Assembly: GCA_030324005.1 (NCBI GenBank)
Contig: JARDVH010000149.1
Span: 24,111,561-24,175,560 of the forward strand
Reading direction: 5' to 3'
Source of the DNA: Negaprion brevirostris
Taxonomy: Eukaryota
Length of the DNA stretch: 64,000 nt
Position 1 is the first letter of the stretch. Each line of letters begins with the position of its first letter. The notes beneath the pieces are model-generated. The model saw nothing but the letters and a program-made list of their open reading frames with translations. It was not told where the DNA came from and searched no databases. Below, in pieces: positions 23,299-36,654 of this stretch. Both the position numbers and the translations under genes were made by a program.

Positions 23299-26200
23299 AA
23301 TCAAATGCTACATTTGCCAAAGTAACCTTATGCTTTACATTTTGTTTGATTTGGATTTTTATTTTCAATACCAAATATCTGATGCATCTTCCTCATCTTC
23401 AATGTAAATTAATTTCTTACCGGTGCAATTTAATGAATAATACTCAAGACCAGCAATTCTGGCTAATGTAGCGCATCCTTTTCTCTAATACAAATATATT
23501 TATGTTTGATGAATTATATATAATGCATTGGTTTTAAAAAAAAACAGAACCCATATAGCTTTGTAATACATCCTGACCATGCTGTATTCTCTATATATAT
23601 ATATCTGGGTGCCATGACAATGTAGTTTATTTTTGCCTAAATTTTAAATAATGTGATGTCTAAAGTAACAATAGATTAAATATTTAAATACATTAAATTT
23701 GAATTCCATATTCAGTTCTTAAACATTTTCAAAGTACAGGAAACATGGTACCTTTATTTGAATGAGACAAAGAAAGCATGTCCTGAATTCACTCTACAAA
23801 CTTGAATTTTAATATATATGAAATGGTTAACAACAGATATTGGAATAATCTTACAGCATTACCAGGTTCCTGGAACTCTGGGGTGCATTAAGTAAAATTC
23901 AGCCAGCTTTTGTGTACTGTATTGCCAGGAGGCTTATTTTGGTGATAATGCCTCCTTATTATTTACAACAGCAACTTCCATTTCAGGTTTCTGCCGATAT
24001 AACCCATTCAGCTTTATAATGGGCCAATTTGCAAACCTGCTCTTGTGAATTACATTGGAATGACCCCAAAATATATTCCCAATTTTTCTACTAATGGAGC
24101 AATATATTAAGCTCATCAGCATCATAATAGCTCTGTTCTCCAACTGTTATTGTTTTCTTGCATTTTCAAAATTTTGAGACATTATTCTACTACCTTCACT
24201 CAGTCCATTTCAAACAGTACAGCAAATGCTGAGTAACTTCCAGAACCAGCACATAAATGCTAGCAGATAATTTCCAAGGCCAAGAATCAATTCTTTGTAT
24301 ATGAATAGTATTCAAAATTGTACCCACTATGATCATTTCTTTCTTCACCAAAAGACATGTCTCTAGCACTGTTTTAGCATGCTGATGCCACACATTATTG
24401 CAAGAAGAGGCCCAGACAAGATCTTAAGAGGTCCTATTTAATTGGGCTGTTCCTCCTGATGTAAATTTTGTGCAAAAAACATATGCATGGCACAATAGTC
24501 AATTAGTTTCCCATATTCAATGACATTAAGGGTTCTTCCGTCATTTTTTGAGAAGGAAAGCTGGTTTCACTCCTACTCTACAAACGCAAGAGTGCAACTG
24601 ACACTGACCACGAATGAACAGAATGACAGATTAGACAGTTTTCCCCAAGTGGGACATACAATCCTTGTCCATTATAGGAAACTTAGTCCCCCTTGGATAC
24701 TGCTCAATAGGGCGGGACAATCCTGCATAGGGTAGGTTGAGACTCTGGTTACTGCCAAACTCTAAAAGCTAATAATATTAACAGCCTTCTAACTATTCTT
24801 CCCAAAAAGATTTTAAATAGGGCTGTTGTTCCAGGTATGCTCATCCACCCTAAGATATCAGGACACTTGTACCCACGATGAACCCAGGTAATAGAAACCC
24901 ACACCTCTCAAGACATAGGATGATAATATTGGCCCTATTGCTACTTTTTTTTCTTGAACAGCTAATCACTGGCAAAATGCTTTGAACAAGTATTGGGGCC
25001 CATTTAGGAAATATGGGTTGAAGACTCAACAACATACATTCTTACTGTGTCTTTAGTATAATAAATGCACTTAAGTACTTAACATATAAGCTTTTGCAGG
25101 GGACATTATTAAATATTTTCCTGTAATACATTCTTACAGTATGCATTATCACAAGTAAAGAATCAATTAGAACTCTATTATAAACCCAAAGAATAAATTA
25201 TTAAAAGTTTTGAGGAAAAGATTAGGGAAAATTGACTTCATGGCAGTAGAACTAGCATCAGCTGTTGGACCTCTTTGCTAAAATTCTTAGAATCCTATAA
25301 AGGGGCTATGATTGATCTAGATACAAAAAGCAGTATTGGGATGATTAATTCAGAACAAGGTTGAATGATTAGGATCTAGAATGCACAACCTGAAATTGCA
25401 CTGGAGGCAGATAAACACGGAAGAGGAAAGATTTATAGGGCTGTAGACAAAGGACAGGTGTGTTAGATTAGTTCAGGTATGCTTGCAAAGAGCTGTCATG
25501 AATACAGTGGGCAGAATAGCCTCCTCCAGTGCTGTAATCACATAATAGTTGTCACACAAAGACAAAACAATCATACTTGTATATAGAAGGCTGGTTACAT
25601 CCCAATAATGAAAAGATGCAAATCACTTATAGCATTGCTGCCAATAGAAGATAAGAATTAGCCTATCCAAACAGATACATAAATACATTCATATCCTCTA
25701 CCAAGAATTCATAGATACCTTCTGCTAGAATCAGGAATGAAGTCATCTAAACAGATAAAGNNNNNNNNNNNNNNNNNNGTCTCTACCAGGTATACTCTCA
25801 CAAATGTAGGACTGTAACTGAAGATCAAGCACAGCCATCTTGCTTCAGGTTCGATCTTTGCAACTGAGAAGGTAAATCAGACCATTTGTGTGAAGGAATC
25901 AAGTTAACTAGCATGATATTCGTCACAGGAAGAAAAGTTCAGCATCAAAAGTTCATCGACTGAGACTGTTACGATAGGAAGGATCAAAAGCTGAAATGGT
26001 CATCTTTGCTGTTTAAAAAAAAATCCATGAAATTGGTCTATAAAAGTTGGAACAGAATTGTGCAGATAATCATCGAATGCATAAAATCTCTGGAATTTTA
26101 CATATGATTCTAAATTCAAACTAATGCTCTGGTCAGAGTACATGAAATACTTAATTCAGCATTCAATGCACAATAACCGAAAGTTCACAGATGGATAGAA

Positions 26201-26379
26201 GAGCTCTCTCGAGACATGTACTTTAGTGGGAGCCTGACTTAAAACACTTGTCCCTAATTCAAGTTTAAGGCCATAAATATAGAAAGAGATGCAGTGTTGG
26301 TCTTGAAAAAAAGCATGACTGGTCATCCTTAGCTCAAATACTTATCATTATTAGGATATTTGCTAAGCCAGTTGTACTC

Positions 26380-26566
26380 TGGGGCTAGCAGTCTCCAGCC
26401 TCCCAGCTGTGTATTCCTCGCCAGCAGCAGGATTCTCTGGTCCCTCGGCTGTCAATGGGAACTCCCACTGACGTCACCCCACACCCGCAGGAAACCCGCG
26501 GATGGGGGTGTGTTCAGGTGGGATGGAAGAATCCCACCAGTGAGAGTGGCCGGAGAATTCCGGTCT
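26380..26566. mobile_element. GC-rich MITE-like non-autonomous element
   Basis: GC-rich island ending ggccggagaattccgg; a related terminus ggctggaattttccggcc occurs at about 61033. Imperfect terminal symmetry. Confidence 0.45.
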
Positions 26567-28594
26567 GGATATTCATAATTTGGTAGAAATATCTTCCCTC
26601 TGTGACAGAACTAAAATCCACAAGGTCAGCTACTTAGGTTCTCCCATTTCTTAGCAAGTACAACCACAATTTAATGTTACTTACAGAACTTAAAAAAAGG
26701 CAGGTAATTACTCACTGAAGAGGTAAAAAGTCTAAATTTAGTATCTTCTCCACAAAACGGACTTTGTTGGAACAGCATGTTAGTTCTATAAGCAGCTTGG
26801 AAGAAAGCTTCCCATTAATATGTTTGATCATGCCAGAAAGATAATAATTTACTAGGTTCTGTATTGATCAACATTATTAACCAAATATGCACAAATTATA
26901 TATATCCAGGGACACAGCATACAAACTTGTCATATTTAAATAATCAAGTTTGCATGGCTCATCATGCTTAAGCTGTTCTACATGAATATTTTTACAGGAC
27001 AAGTGCATTACTTGTCTCATGTGGAGCACTGGCTGTGACATTAAAGAGGTAGACAGATTCAAAGAATAAAAATTACAGCTACAGTAATTTTAGTGGATAA
27101 TCCACCTTTTTTAAAAAGTGCAAAAAATGAATTTGCCCAAAATAACTCACTCTGTAAAAAAATTGTCTTGGTGTGGCATCCCTTACAAGTTTTAAACTGA
27201 AGCTTTTAAAAAATTGAACTGAACATTAAGTATTGAAAATAATCTGCTTTTAAAAATGGAACCTTTGACATATTGTAATTATTTTTTCAGATATTGTAGC
27301 AGGGCAATTCGTTATAATTTTGGGAGAGAAACACAAATACCAACATGCAGCTTGGTTCAAACATATTTTTGATCTGTGATTGCAAGATTTATAAAGAGCT
27401 AGGAATTTAGATATAATTATATCTAATGAAGGAGGACACATTTATGCATGTACAAGTCCAAAGAAAATGCAAAGAATACTTTTTAAACATGTTTTCTATT
27501 ATGTTCACACGCCCCAAAAAAGTTGTACCTACTTCATACTACATTTATTTCACAGATTAGCTTAATGGAGTTGAAGCTGCCATCTAACTGTGAACACTAA
27601 TTAGAGCAACAGTTTGAACTGCTGCCCTGGCTACTGCAGGCACCAATTTCACTATTTAGTTTCAGAATGTTATTAGAAAAATGTTACAAGTATATTTATA
27701 TAGTATATCAACTTAAGAACATATGTCATATTATTAAATAACAGCACTGCAAAGCTTTATCCATAGGATGATGAAATGGAGCCTTGTGAAAATAATGTTA
27801 GATACACCACAGAACAGGTTTCTTCGATGCTACAACGAATCTCAGGTGTAGGATAGCATTCTTGAAGGTTGTTTATGAAATGCAATGCAAAATGCATGTC
27901 AAATGCTTTTTGATTATTTATTTTAACTCCAATAATACCACTGCTTAGTGTTTTCTTTTAAAATAAATTTGTAAGGAATTTAATTTTGAAAATCGCTAAT
28001 TATCTTGTATTGCGTCCTTGGCAATCCAATAGTCCAAAATGTTAGAATTTGCTGCTTAAGATATATTTGTAATAAAGCAGCATAAAGGATTACAGCACAG
28101 AAGGCCACTATTGTATTTTTGTTGTACCACTGTCCTGTACTTCCCATAACCTAATATCTTCCCCTACCTTGTTTATTCTTACTTTCTTAAAAAAAGGTCT
28201 GTTTAAAATAATCCAAATAGCCAAGCCATGTTTAAACAATCTTTCAAAGAAGAAATCTATCTTAAAATGTTTCCTCACTAACTTAGAAACCATTTTAAAA
28301 AGTTCACTCACCAGTGACTTTCCTAAATCTTTGACAGAAAAGGCAGGTTAAGGCTACAATAGTAACATTTAATTTGAAAGATAACACGTTTGGATAATAC
28401 AGCATCATGCTGGCATTACATGGAATTTGCAAAGTTTAAATTTATACCTTGTTGACCTGCAGTGCTGTGAACAAAAAAAACTTGATATATTGTTCATCTT
28501 AAAAGTAAAACATTAGCACTGAGATTAGAATTGACAGATAAATAAGGTTAATAAATAATTCAGTACAGAGGCATCGACAATGAGCATTAAAAAA

Positions 28595-29990
28595 AGGAAC
28601 AAAGAAAATTCTGGAAACACACAGCAGGCCTGGCAATATTTGTGAAGAGAGAAATAGACTTACCACTTCAGCACAAGGACTTTTATTTAGCACCAGGAAA
28701 ATTAAGAGATGTGATAGATTGTAAGCAAGTGAAACAGGAGGAAAGTTGGAAAATGAACAAAAGGGAATGTCTGTGACAGGAAAGAAGGCAGCAATGATTA
28801 AATGATAGATGGGTTCCTGGCGGGCAAGGCCAAAGAGGGTGCATAGATAAGCTAGCATGGAAACCACACAGTGCAGAAGGCAGTCGTTTGGCTCATCGAG
28901 CCTGCACCAACAACAATTCCACCCCTGCCCTAAGAGCCAATTTAGCACAGCCCGTCAACCTAACCCGTACATCGTTGGAGTGTGGAGGAAATCTAGCACC
29001 CAGAGGAAACCCACACAGACATGGGGAGAATTGCAAACTCCAACATGCAGACATTCACCCAAAACCGGAAATGAACCCAGGTCCCTGGCACTGAGGTAGC
29101 AGTGCTAACCACTGTGCCGCCAAATGGTAATGGGACAAGTATAAAAGCAAATGTTGAAGGAAGGCGCAAATGGAAGAATCGTGAAAAGCTACTGTCCAAA
29201 AACAAAAGAGGAGAAACATGAGACACCAACTAAAGTCACTGAAAGGAAACAAAAATGAGGCCAGAAATTTTGATCTGAAAATGTTTAACTTCATGCCAAA
29301 TACAAAAAGCTGTAAAGAGACTAATCAAAAGGTGTGCTGTTCCTCAAGCTTGCACTGAACTTCACTGGATTACTGGAGGACATAGAGACAGGGAGCTCAG
29401 AATAGGAGGAAGGTTGATAATTAAATTACAGGTGATTGGAAGCTTGAGGTTACGCTTATAGACTGAACAGTCCCTTCAGAATGCTGAAAAGGGGATGAAA
29501 AGATGCGTTTCATGGTGGCATCACATTGGAGATACCAAAAATGGCAAAGAATGGTTCATTGCTTTTGAAAGTATTGCAGGTGAAAGATGAAGAGGAATCC
29601 ACGATGGTTCTGGGAGGGAAAGAACCAAAGTGAATGAAATGAAACAGACACAGTTAAGGGACCAGTCAACCATGATAGGAGGTAGGGTTTCCCAGTTGAG
29701 CCAAAAATACAGGAAATGCTAGATGGAAGATTGCATCATCAGAACAGATGTGATGAAGATGGAGAAAATGGGAGAATGGAAAACTGAGAGAATGGAAGAC
29801 AGTCCGTACAAGGTGCAGGATGTGAGGAAGTATAGGCCTGGTAGCTTTGGGTATCATACCCAGAAATGGAGATGGAGAAATAAGGGAAGGGAAAGTCTTT
29901 AGGGTAACCCATGTGAAGGCGCGAGAAGGACAGAAATTAGAAACCAAAATTGATTAAATTCTTACAGTTCTGGGAGAAAAAAATATGAAC
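28595..29990 (-). mobile_element. Degraded Penelope-like element with nested SINE
   Basis: Minus ORF SFPFSHFLHLHHICSDD resembles the Penelope RT C-terminal SIPFSQFLRLRRICS motif; terminal repeat-like text at 28600-28680. Confidence 0.6.
28858..29121 (-). mobile_element. tRNA-derived SINE (antisense)
   Basis: cagaggaaacccacacagacatggggagaa...gaacccaggtccctggcactgaggtagcagtgctaaccactgtgccgcc is the reverse complement of the SINE head and core. Confidence 0.85.
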
Positions 29991-31124
29991 TCCTGAACGG
30001 AAAGCTGTGCAGTGAGACTAAATGGAAGCATGCATCACAACGCAACAGCAGCAGAAAATCTGTGGTGATTCCTAAAACAAGCAGACTGAGTTGCAGATAC
30101 CTTATACATGCACTCCAGTGGTATACTTACTGGAGCTATTGGTGATGAAGCCTTTTGGAGAGTTAAGGGCCTTTGAACTATCAATGTTAGAAATTATATA
30201 AGCACAACAGATGCAAAATTTAATTGAGTAACTGGTGAATTATTCTATGATAAAACATGAGTAATAACCTTTTTTGTGGCACAGATACCTTATCTAACAG
30301 CAACAAAGCAGAGGATTTTTCTTAAGACTAAAAACTATAGATTTATATTTGAAACTTTAGCAAAAATTAGAAATACTTGAAAGACATTTGNNNNNNNNNN
30401 NNNNNNNNNNNNNNNNNNNNNNNNNNNNNNNNNNNNNNNNNNNNNNNNNNNNNNNNNNNNNNNNNNNNNNNNNNNNNNNNNNNNNNNNNNNNNNNNNNNN
30501 NNNNNNNNNNNNNNNNNNNNNNNNNNNNNNNNNNNNNNNNNNNNNNNNNNNNNNNNNNNNNNNNNNNNNNNNNNNNNNNNNNNNNNNNNNNNNNNNNNNN
30601 NNNNNNNNNNNNNNNNNNNNNNNNNNNNNNNNNNNNNNNNNNNNNNNNNNNNNNNNNNNNNNNNNNNNNNNNNNNNNNNNNNNNNNNNNNNNNNNNNNNN
30701 NNNNNNNNNNNNNNNNNNNNNNNNNNNNNNNNNNTTGCTATTCTCATAGCAGAGAAAACTTCTGAACAGCACCAGAGTAAGAAAACATAGAAACACCAAT
30801 TGGTTGTGAAAATGAAGGATTTTTCTATTTGGGATTCTTACTCTGGATTGTAAATGTATAATGCTTAGTAATTTTGGTACAAGAGGTGAAATAGATTGCA
30901 TTTAAACTAAATGTTAATCAATTTCTTCCATTCTCACCATTAAAAATTTATGAACATATAGTTAGAGTCTATCAATACGTAGGCATGTTGACCCTGCTCA
31001 GGCATGAAAATGGTATTACCAAAGGACTTGCAAGTGGTGGCATTTTGATTAGTTTCCTTGAAAATCATAATTAACAGAGCCTAAGTAAAAGCCCTTGAAA
31101 TTACGTCCTACATTTAATCCCAAG

Positions 31125-31565
31125 GCAAAATGGTTCCAGAGATGAGGGATTAGGTAAAGCTGGGTTTTTCTTGGAAGAAAAGAGATTGAGGGGAGATGTG
31201 ATATAGATGGATAAGACAATGACAGGTTTGGACAATGTTAAGTTGTTCACATTAGCAGATCATACAAGGAGTAGGGAACCACAGATTTAAGGTTTTGGGC
31301 TAGAGATGTGGGGTTGGGAGGAGGAAGAGGGGAAAGGAGGATGCAAGGAAGATCTTTTTACACGCATCAAGATCTGGATCACTTCATCTATAAGGGTGAC
31401 AGAAGGATAAACAATCGACAATTTCAAAAGGAAATTAGACAGGTACTTGAGGGAAATAAACTTACAGGGTTACGTGGATAGAACAGGGAAGGAAAGCTTG
31501 ACTGGATGGCTCAGAGAACCAGCATGGATTTGCTGGGCCGAATGGCCTCTTTCTGTGCCATAATA
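31125..31565 (+). mobile_element. CR1 LINE 3' fragment
   Basis: ttggaagaaaagagattgaggggagatgtgata (LEEKRLRGDVI); 3' end gggccgaatggcctctttctgtgc. Confidence 0.75.
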
Positions 31566-33780
31566 ATGATTGGTTTTGGATTCACTTGGTTCCAAGGGGA
31601 AAGTTCGTGAAAATTCTCAAACAAGACAATTAATTACAGTCCAATATGTCACCATTTTAGTTTAATTCATATATACAGATCAACAAGAAGCCTGGCTGTT
31701 TTAAAGATTGGGCTGCACAAGATTAATAACAATTTATTCAAAGTGATGCTCTTTTGAGCAAATCCAGCTTAAATATCACTTTCTATTCATAGAGTTCTAA
31801 CGTGACTACACAGAGCCCTTGCATTGAAGAACAGAGTTTTACATATCCTAAATAGTAAAATACTTGTGTCTCTATGCTTTGAAAAAGTCTGACAATCTGT
31901 GAGACAGCAAGAGAGCATACAATTTGGAAAAAAGGATTTTGTTAACAAATTTCATCTGAGGAATACACAAAATGGCAGACTGTATATATTTTTGTGTTAA
32001 GTAAACCCAAATATTATGAATATAGCTCAGAGTTACTCATAAAATGTATGGGACACCAGACTTTGGACAACGGGGTTAATGACCAAATACTTTCATCATG
32101 AATGTAATTAGTCTATGGGTATGATCTCCCATATTTGGTAGCATATTTGAGGTTCAAAGAGTTATTTGAAAGTACTTTTGAATAATACAGACATTGTCAA
32201 ATACAGACTTCTAGGTGCAATGGCATTCTCCTACTGGATAACACTGAAGGATTCCTTTGTCAGGATAACAGCAGCTTGCACAAACATTTGCAAGGGTAAC
32301 TACTGGAAGGAGAGGATGAATAGCCTTGGTAGAATACGGACTTGCAAATAGCTTTCAATAGCTTCCGGGCAGTAGTTGCAGAAAACAATTTTATAAATTA
32401 TTGATCATTGTAATTTTTTCTTTATATTGGATTTAGTAGAGATTTATCAATGCGGTTAATGAATGCTGGTCCATCTGTTAGTTTGCATTGGTTTCAACCT
32501 TCCTTTAAACTAGATTCAAGAGTCAGGTACAGTGCTCAAAAATTGGATTGGAGTAAGGAGTTGCTCATATGCTGTTTTTTTGGTCGGTTGTTGTGTTTCA
32601 TGTTCAACGTTTTAAGTCACTTTTGTTACAGTACTGTACACTATGTATTTTTGGATTGTTGTATGTTAATATTTGGTTTTGAGTATATGGCTTTGTTAGT
32701 TTAAAATAAAACCAGTTAAAATGAATCAAGTGTTCAGTATTTTTCCAATGTCCCTCATGTCTCAAATGGAGCTACTTTGGTGTAATATTTTCTTCAAAAT
32801 ATTTAGCAGATATCTGAAAGTCAGACTTCATCTAGATAAATATTTAATATTAAATTCTCATCAAGTTCCACTAATTTGGACATCAAATTTCATAGTCTGG
32901 GAACTTTCTAGTCAGAGAACATGACACTTTAATTATATAAATGACTGTCAGATAACCACTTTCAAAACAGGAGACGTATCTCATAGTAGAAGATAATAGC
33001 TCCACTGAATTTGACAAGTAATATACAACAGCACCATCTGCATACATTGTAATTTTAGACAACTGTCTATATTAAAGATAATCAAAATACAAAGCCAGGA
33101 GAGCACAGGCTGAGTGCAGAACCATGGAGGGAGACAAACTTTGGCTGGGAATTAATTTTCTTTTCTCTCGTTATCAATTACATTTTAACAGTTAAGATTG
33201 GAACTATTTTCTTCTTTGTGCATTTGGTACATATGAACAGGGTATAGCCAGAGACAACAGTAACAAAGACAGAGATCACACAGATTTGACCCTGGTGGTT
33301 GCTGGAAGCACAAAATGGACAAACTGCAAATTTCCCGCAACTTAATGCATGCTCCAATCTTGGCGTGATGGCTTCAATTAAGATGTAAATTTAACCATGT
33401 TGCTGCAAATTATGCAATCAATAAACTTAAATGCTCAGTTCAGAAAAACATTTTTATGATCAGTACGTTCTAACTACTTACTTAGATTAATAGTAACATG
33501 GCCCAAAAAGCAGTTACAGCTCATTCGCTTATTACTTCAGCACAGACGAGGGATCAAATCTGGGCCATTCCTGGTCTGCATGGTCCAGCCACTCACTGAA
33601 TAAACTCAGAAAGCCAACAGGAGCAGCTCACCTCCATAACATCTTAACAAATACAGCGTGGCCTGACCACAGAAATAAGACAAAAATTATCACAGTAAGA
33701 AAAAGTTATGTAATAAAACTGACTTCACCACCTGGGTTTAGTTCTGCTTTAGAGCACCAATATGTCAGACAGAGAGGCAG

Positions 33781-35297
33781 CTATTGCAAGTTTGATCTCA
33801 AAAACATCAGTTTGTTCACCACCTCAGGTGTCAGCTGGCCTTTTTGCTTTCCTGAAAATGTCTCACCAAAATTATTCATACAGTCACTTCTTGCACCAAC
33901 AGCTGGCACAGCCAAAAGCCAAAAGGCAAGTTTGGCTAACTTAGGATGCTTTTGAGTGGCATTTGACCAGTAACTGAACAAGTCTACAGTTTTATTGGGC
34001 ACAGGTTCCTTTAAATATTGAAATACTTCATCTTTTCGCTCATCCTGGTTCACCTCTTTCTTTGGTGATGCTTTCAGATTTTCATTAATCCCACACATTT
34101 TCTTTCTTGCAGGTTCAAATTCAATGACATCTTCACGAGACTGTCCAATGTCTGAAATCATTTCACAAACTCTATTGATTACCTCTTCTTGTTGGTAGTG
34201 TGGCACAGACCTCAAATGCTTCAGATGTGGGTCAAGGACCATTGCTACTTTGTGGGCAGTCTCCACTTTAAAGTTCTCCTTTAAAGACTCCAGAAAAAGG
34301 TGGCACAGTTTACTTACAGTGCCAGCATCATTAGCTTTGGAAGTGAAAAGTTTCTCTAATTTCACGTAGGTTGGGAGCACAAGCTGTAACGTTGGTTTGT
34401 TTTCACAACTCAGTTCTATTACAGCCTGTTTTACTGGAGCCAGAATGGCTGTAAGGTTGCTCAACAAACTTTTATTGCAGTTTTGGAGGTGCTTGAGTTC
34501 CTTCCTTCCACTGATTAATTCTCGTAACTGCTCATACTTCTCATGTACAAGGAGAAGAGAATCTGCAACAGAATTCCAGCAACAAGGGACCTGCTGCCCT
34601 TCAAGAAGGCTGGATAATTCTGGAGTGACGGTGCCTTGTTCCAGCGAACTCATTAACTGTATACAGTTACTCACAAGTTCAGTAACTTCTGGCATGTTTT
34701 GTGCCTGCAATGTCCTTTCATTAAGTACACTCCTTACTGTTGAGTTTAATGCACAAGCTGAACATCGTAGGCACATTCCAGCTTTCAACAGTGTGGCTGA
34801 ACTGACTTTGCTATCCGTGACATAAATTGTTCGCATCTCTGACATGACAAATTCTGAAAGTACATTCAACACCCACTGGTGAACCTGCTCACCAGTTTCT
34901 TTGCCATCTACTTCTTTAATGCCTAGGACATATCTCTTCATTTGCAATCCCTCTACCTGATGTGCTGTTAGAATGTAGTAGGACTCTGAGCCAACATTCT
35001 GACAATGACAGGTGACACCTATTCCCCAGCATGCATTGCTTCCAAGTGCGCATGTGACTTTTACCTTCACCTGGTTGTACATTCTGGGCAGATGTTTCAG
35101 AGCAAGTGTATTCATGTTCCCAAGGATGTCAGCGACAGGAAAGGATCCATAGCGAGCACCAACATCAACAAGTGTCTGAGCAAGTTTGACAAAGTCTTTT
35201 CCATTTATCACAGTCAGTGCGTTCAGGTCAGAACACATCACTCTGAGCAACTTTTCAGCAATGAGTTGACGTTCTTTTTCAAGGACTGAGCTATTCA
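33781..35297 (-). CDS. ZNF618: ZNF618 terminal coding exon: domesticated hAT transposase-like RNase H fold plus hATC dimerisation domain
   Basis: Uninterrupted ORF of about 505 codons with recognisable ZNF618 blocks (TLALKHLPRMYNQVKVKVTCALGSNAC, RCSACALNS, PTLQLVLPTYV, KANDAGTVSKLCHLFL, KLAKLAFWLLAVPAVGARS, NKLMFL). Acceptor ttattttcatttgcag| at 35298, phase 1; stop TAG at 33783-33781. Confidence 0.97.
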
Positions 35298-36654
35298 CTG
35301 CAAATGAAAATAAATCATTATATAAACAACTGCAATTTATAAAGATGCTTCCCGATAGCTACACAATGCTCTGATATTTATGTCAATGTTTCTGTTTAAT
35401 CATTTCCCTTGCCTATTTCATCAAGTTAATGAAAATGTTATCATGTGCACTTGCATACAAGCTGTTCAAAGATTTAAATAGGGGAATGGGTCGCAGGAGA
35501 GGCAGAGTTGGTGTGGAGAGTGGAACTTCATTAATACAAAGTAGATATCAGCAATATAGCACATATGCACAAGGATTCAAATTTCTGGGAACCAAGAGCA
35601 ACTGTGGTCAATAAGCTGGCCCCTCAAACTACTGCAAATATGAATTATGTCTAAAGCATCCAACTGGATTTTAAAAAGATTTTACTGGGCAACATCCCTT
35701 AAGAAGCTGTTCGCCTTAAGAGATCAGAAATTCAAAATTTTCACTGAAAAGACAGAACTTGGTAACTGCAGCATCTCAAGCAGCACAGTCAGCAAGTAAA
35801 GTCAATCTGAAAAACATAAGAATTAATTGCCACTGAGGAAAACCCCAAGCCTTGAAGAACAAATCTAAAGTTGATTGCAGACAGCCCCCTATGCCCAAAC
35901 CCATTTAATACCATATCCATCCAAATTAGTTACAAATGCGTTTTTAAAGCAGAATAAACTTTATACTCTGTGTAAGGTTTTTTCTTACTTTGTTACTATT
36001 AATCTTCTTTCAGCTCAAATTAATGATGAATTTTACCATATATTCTTGTTTAATCTAGGGAGTAATTTAAATTATAGAGACTGATAATTACTTGATGTAT
36101 TCTACTTAAAAAATGAAAATGCAAACTAGACCAATACTTTGTCAGATCACTGGCAACTAATAATCCAGTATTGTTTTCAACTCACGCATATTGCTTTGAA
36201 TATTAGATCTACCAACCTAGCTGCTGCATTACAAGACACATTCATGAAAAACGTCCTAAAATTTGAAATGAAGGAACTTCTGCTAAGTTTCAGCACTGCA
36301 TTATGCTAAACTTCATATATATATTATACAATATTTTTCTACTTGTTTTTTGTTTAGGTAGAAAGTGGAGAATAGGATATCATATATGCATGACATTTCC
36401 TATACGAGTATACATGCCATTACAGTGCTTTGACTAAAAATATTTGTTGCTTTGCTTCATTTAACTGAATACTTTTTTTGGAACAAATTTGAAAGAAAAA
36501 TCAAATCAAACATACAAATTGGACAAAGCAGATAACATACAATCCAGTTATGTTACTTTAAATTCAATATACTTTATTAAGCAGGCTCTTGCAAAAAAAA
36601 AGTACCTCTCACATTTTTCTTAGAAAAATTATTTTAGCTGTTCCCACATAATTT

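Noticed and set aside
34397-34825. Plus-strand 142-aa ORF (also 35005-35289 and 37959-38294)
   Set aside because: Antisense shadows of ZNF618 coding exons with no independent motifs.
33781-35298. Autonomous hAT DNA transposon or single-exon gene starting at the ORF-track M
   Set aside because: The apparent start is GTG overlapping the splice acceptor, catalytic residues are missing, no TIRs are evident, and it splices in frame to zinc-finger exons.
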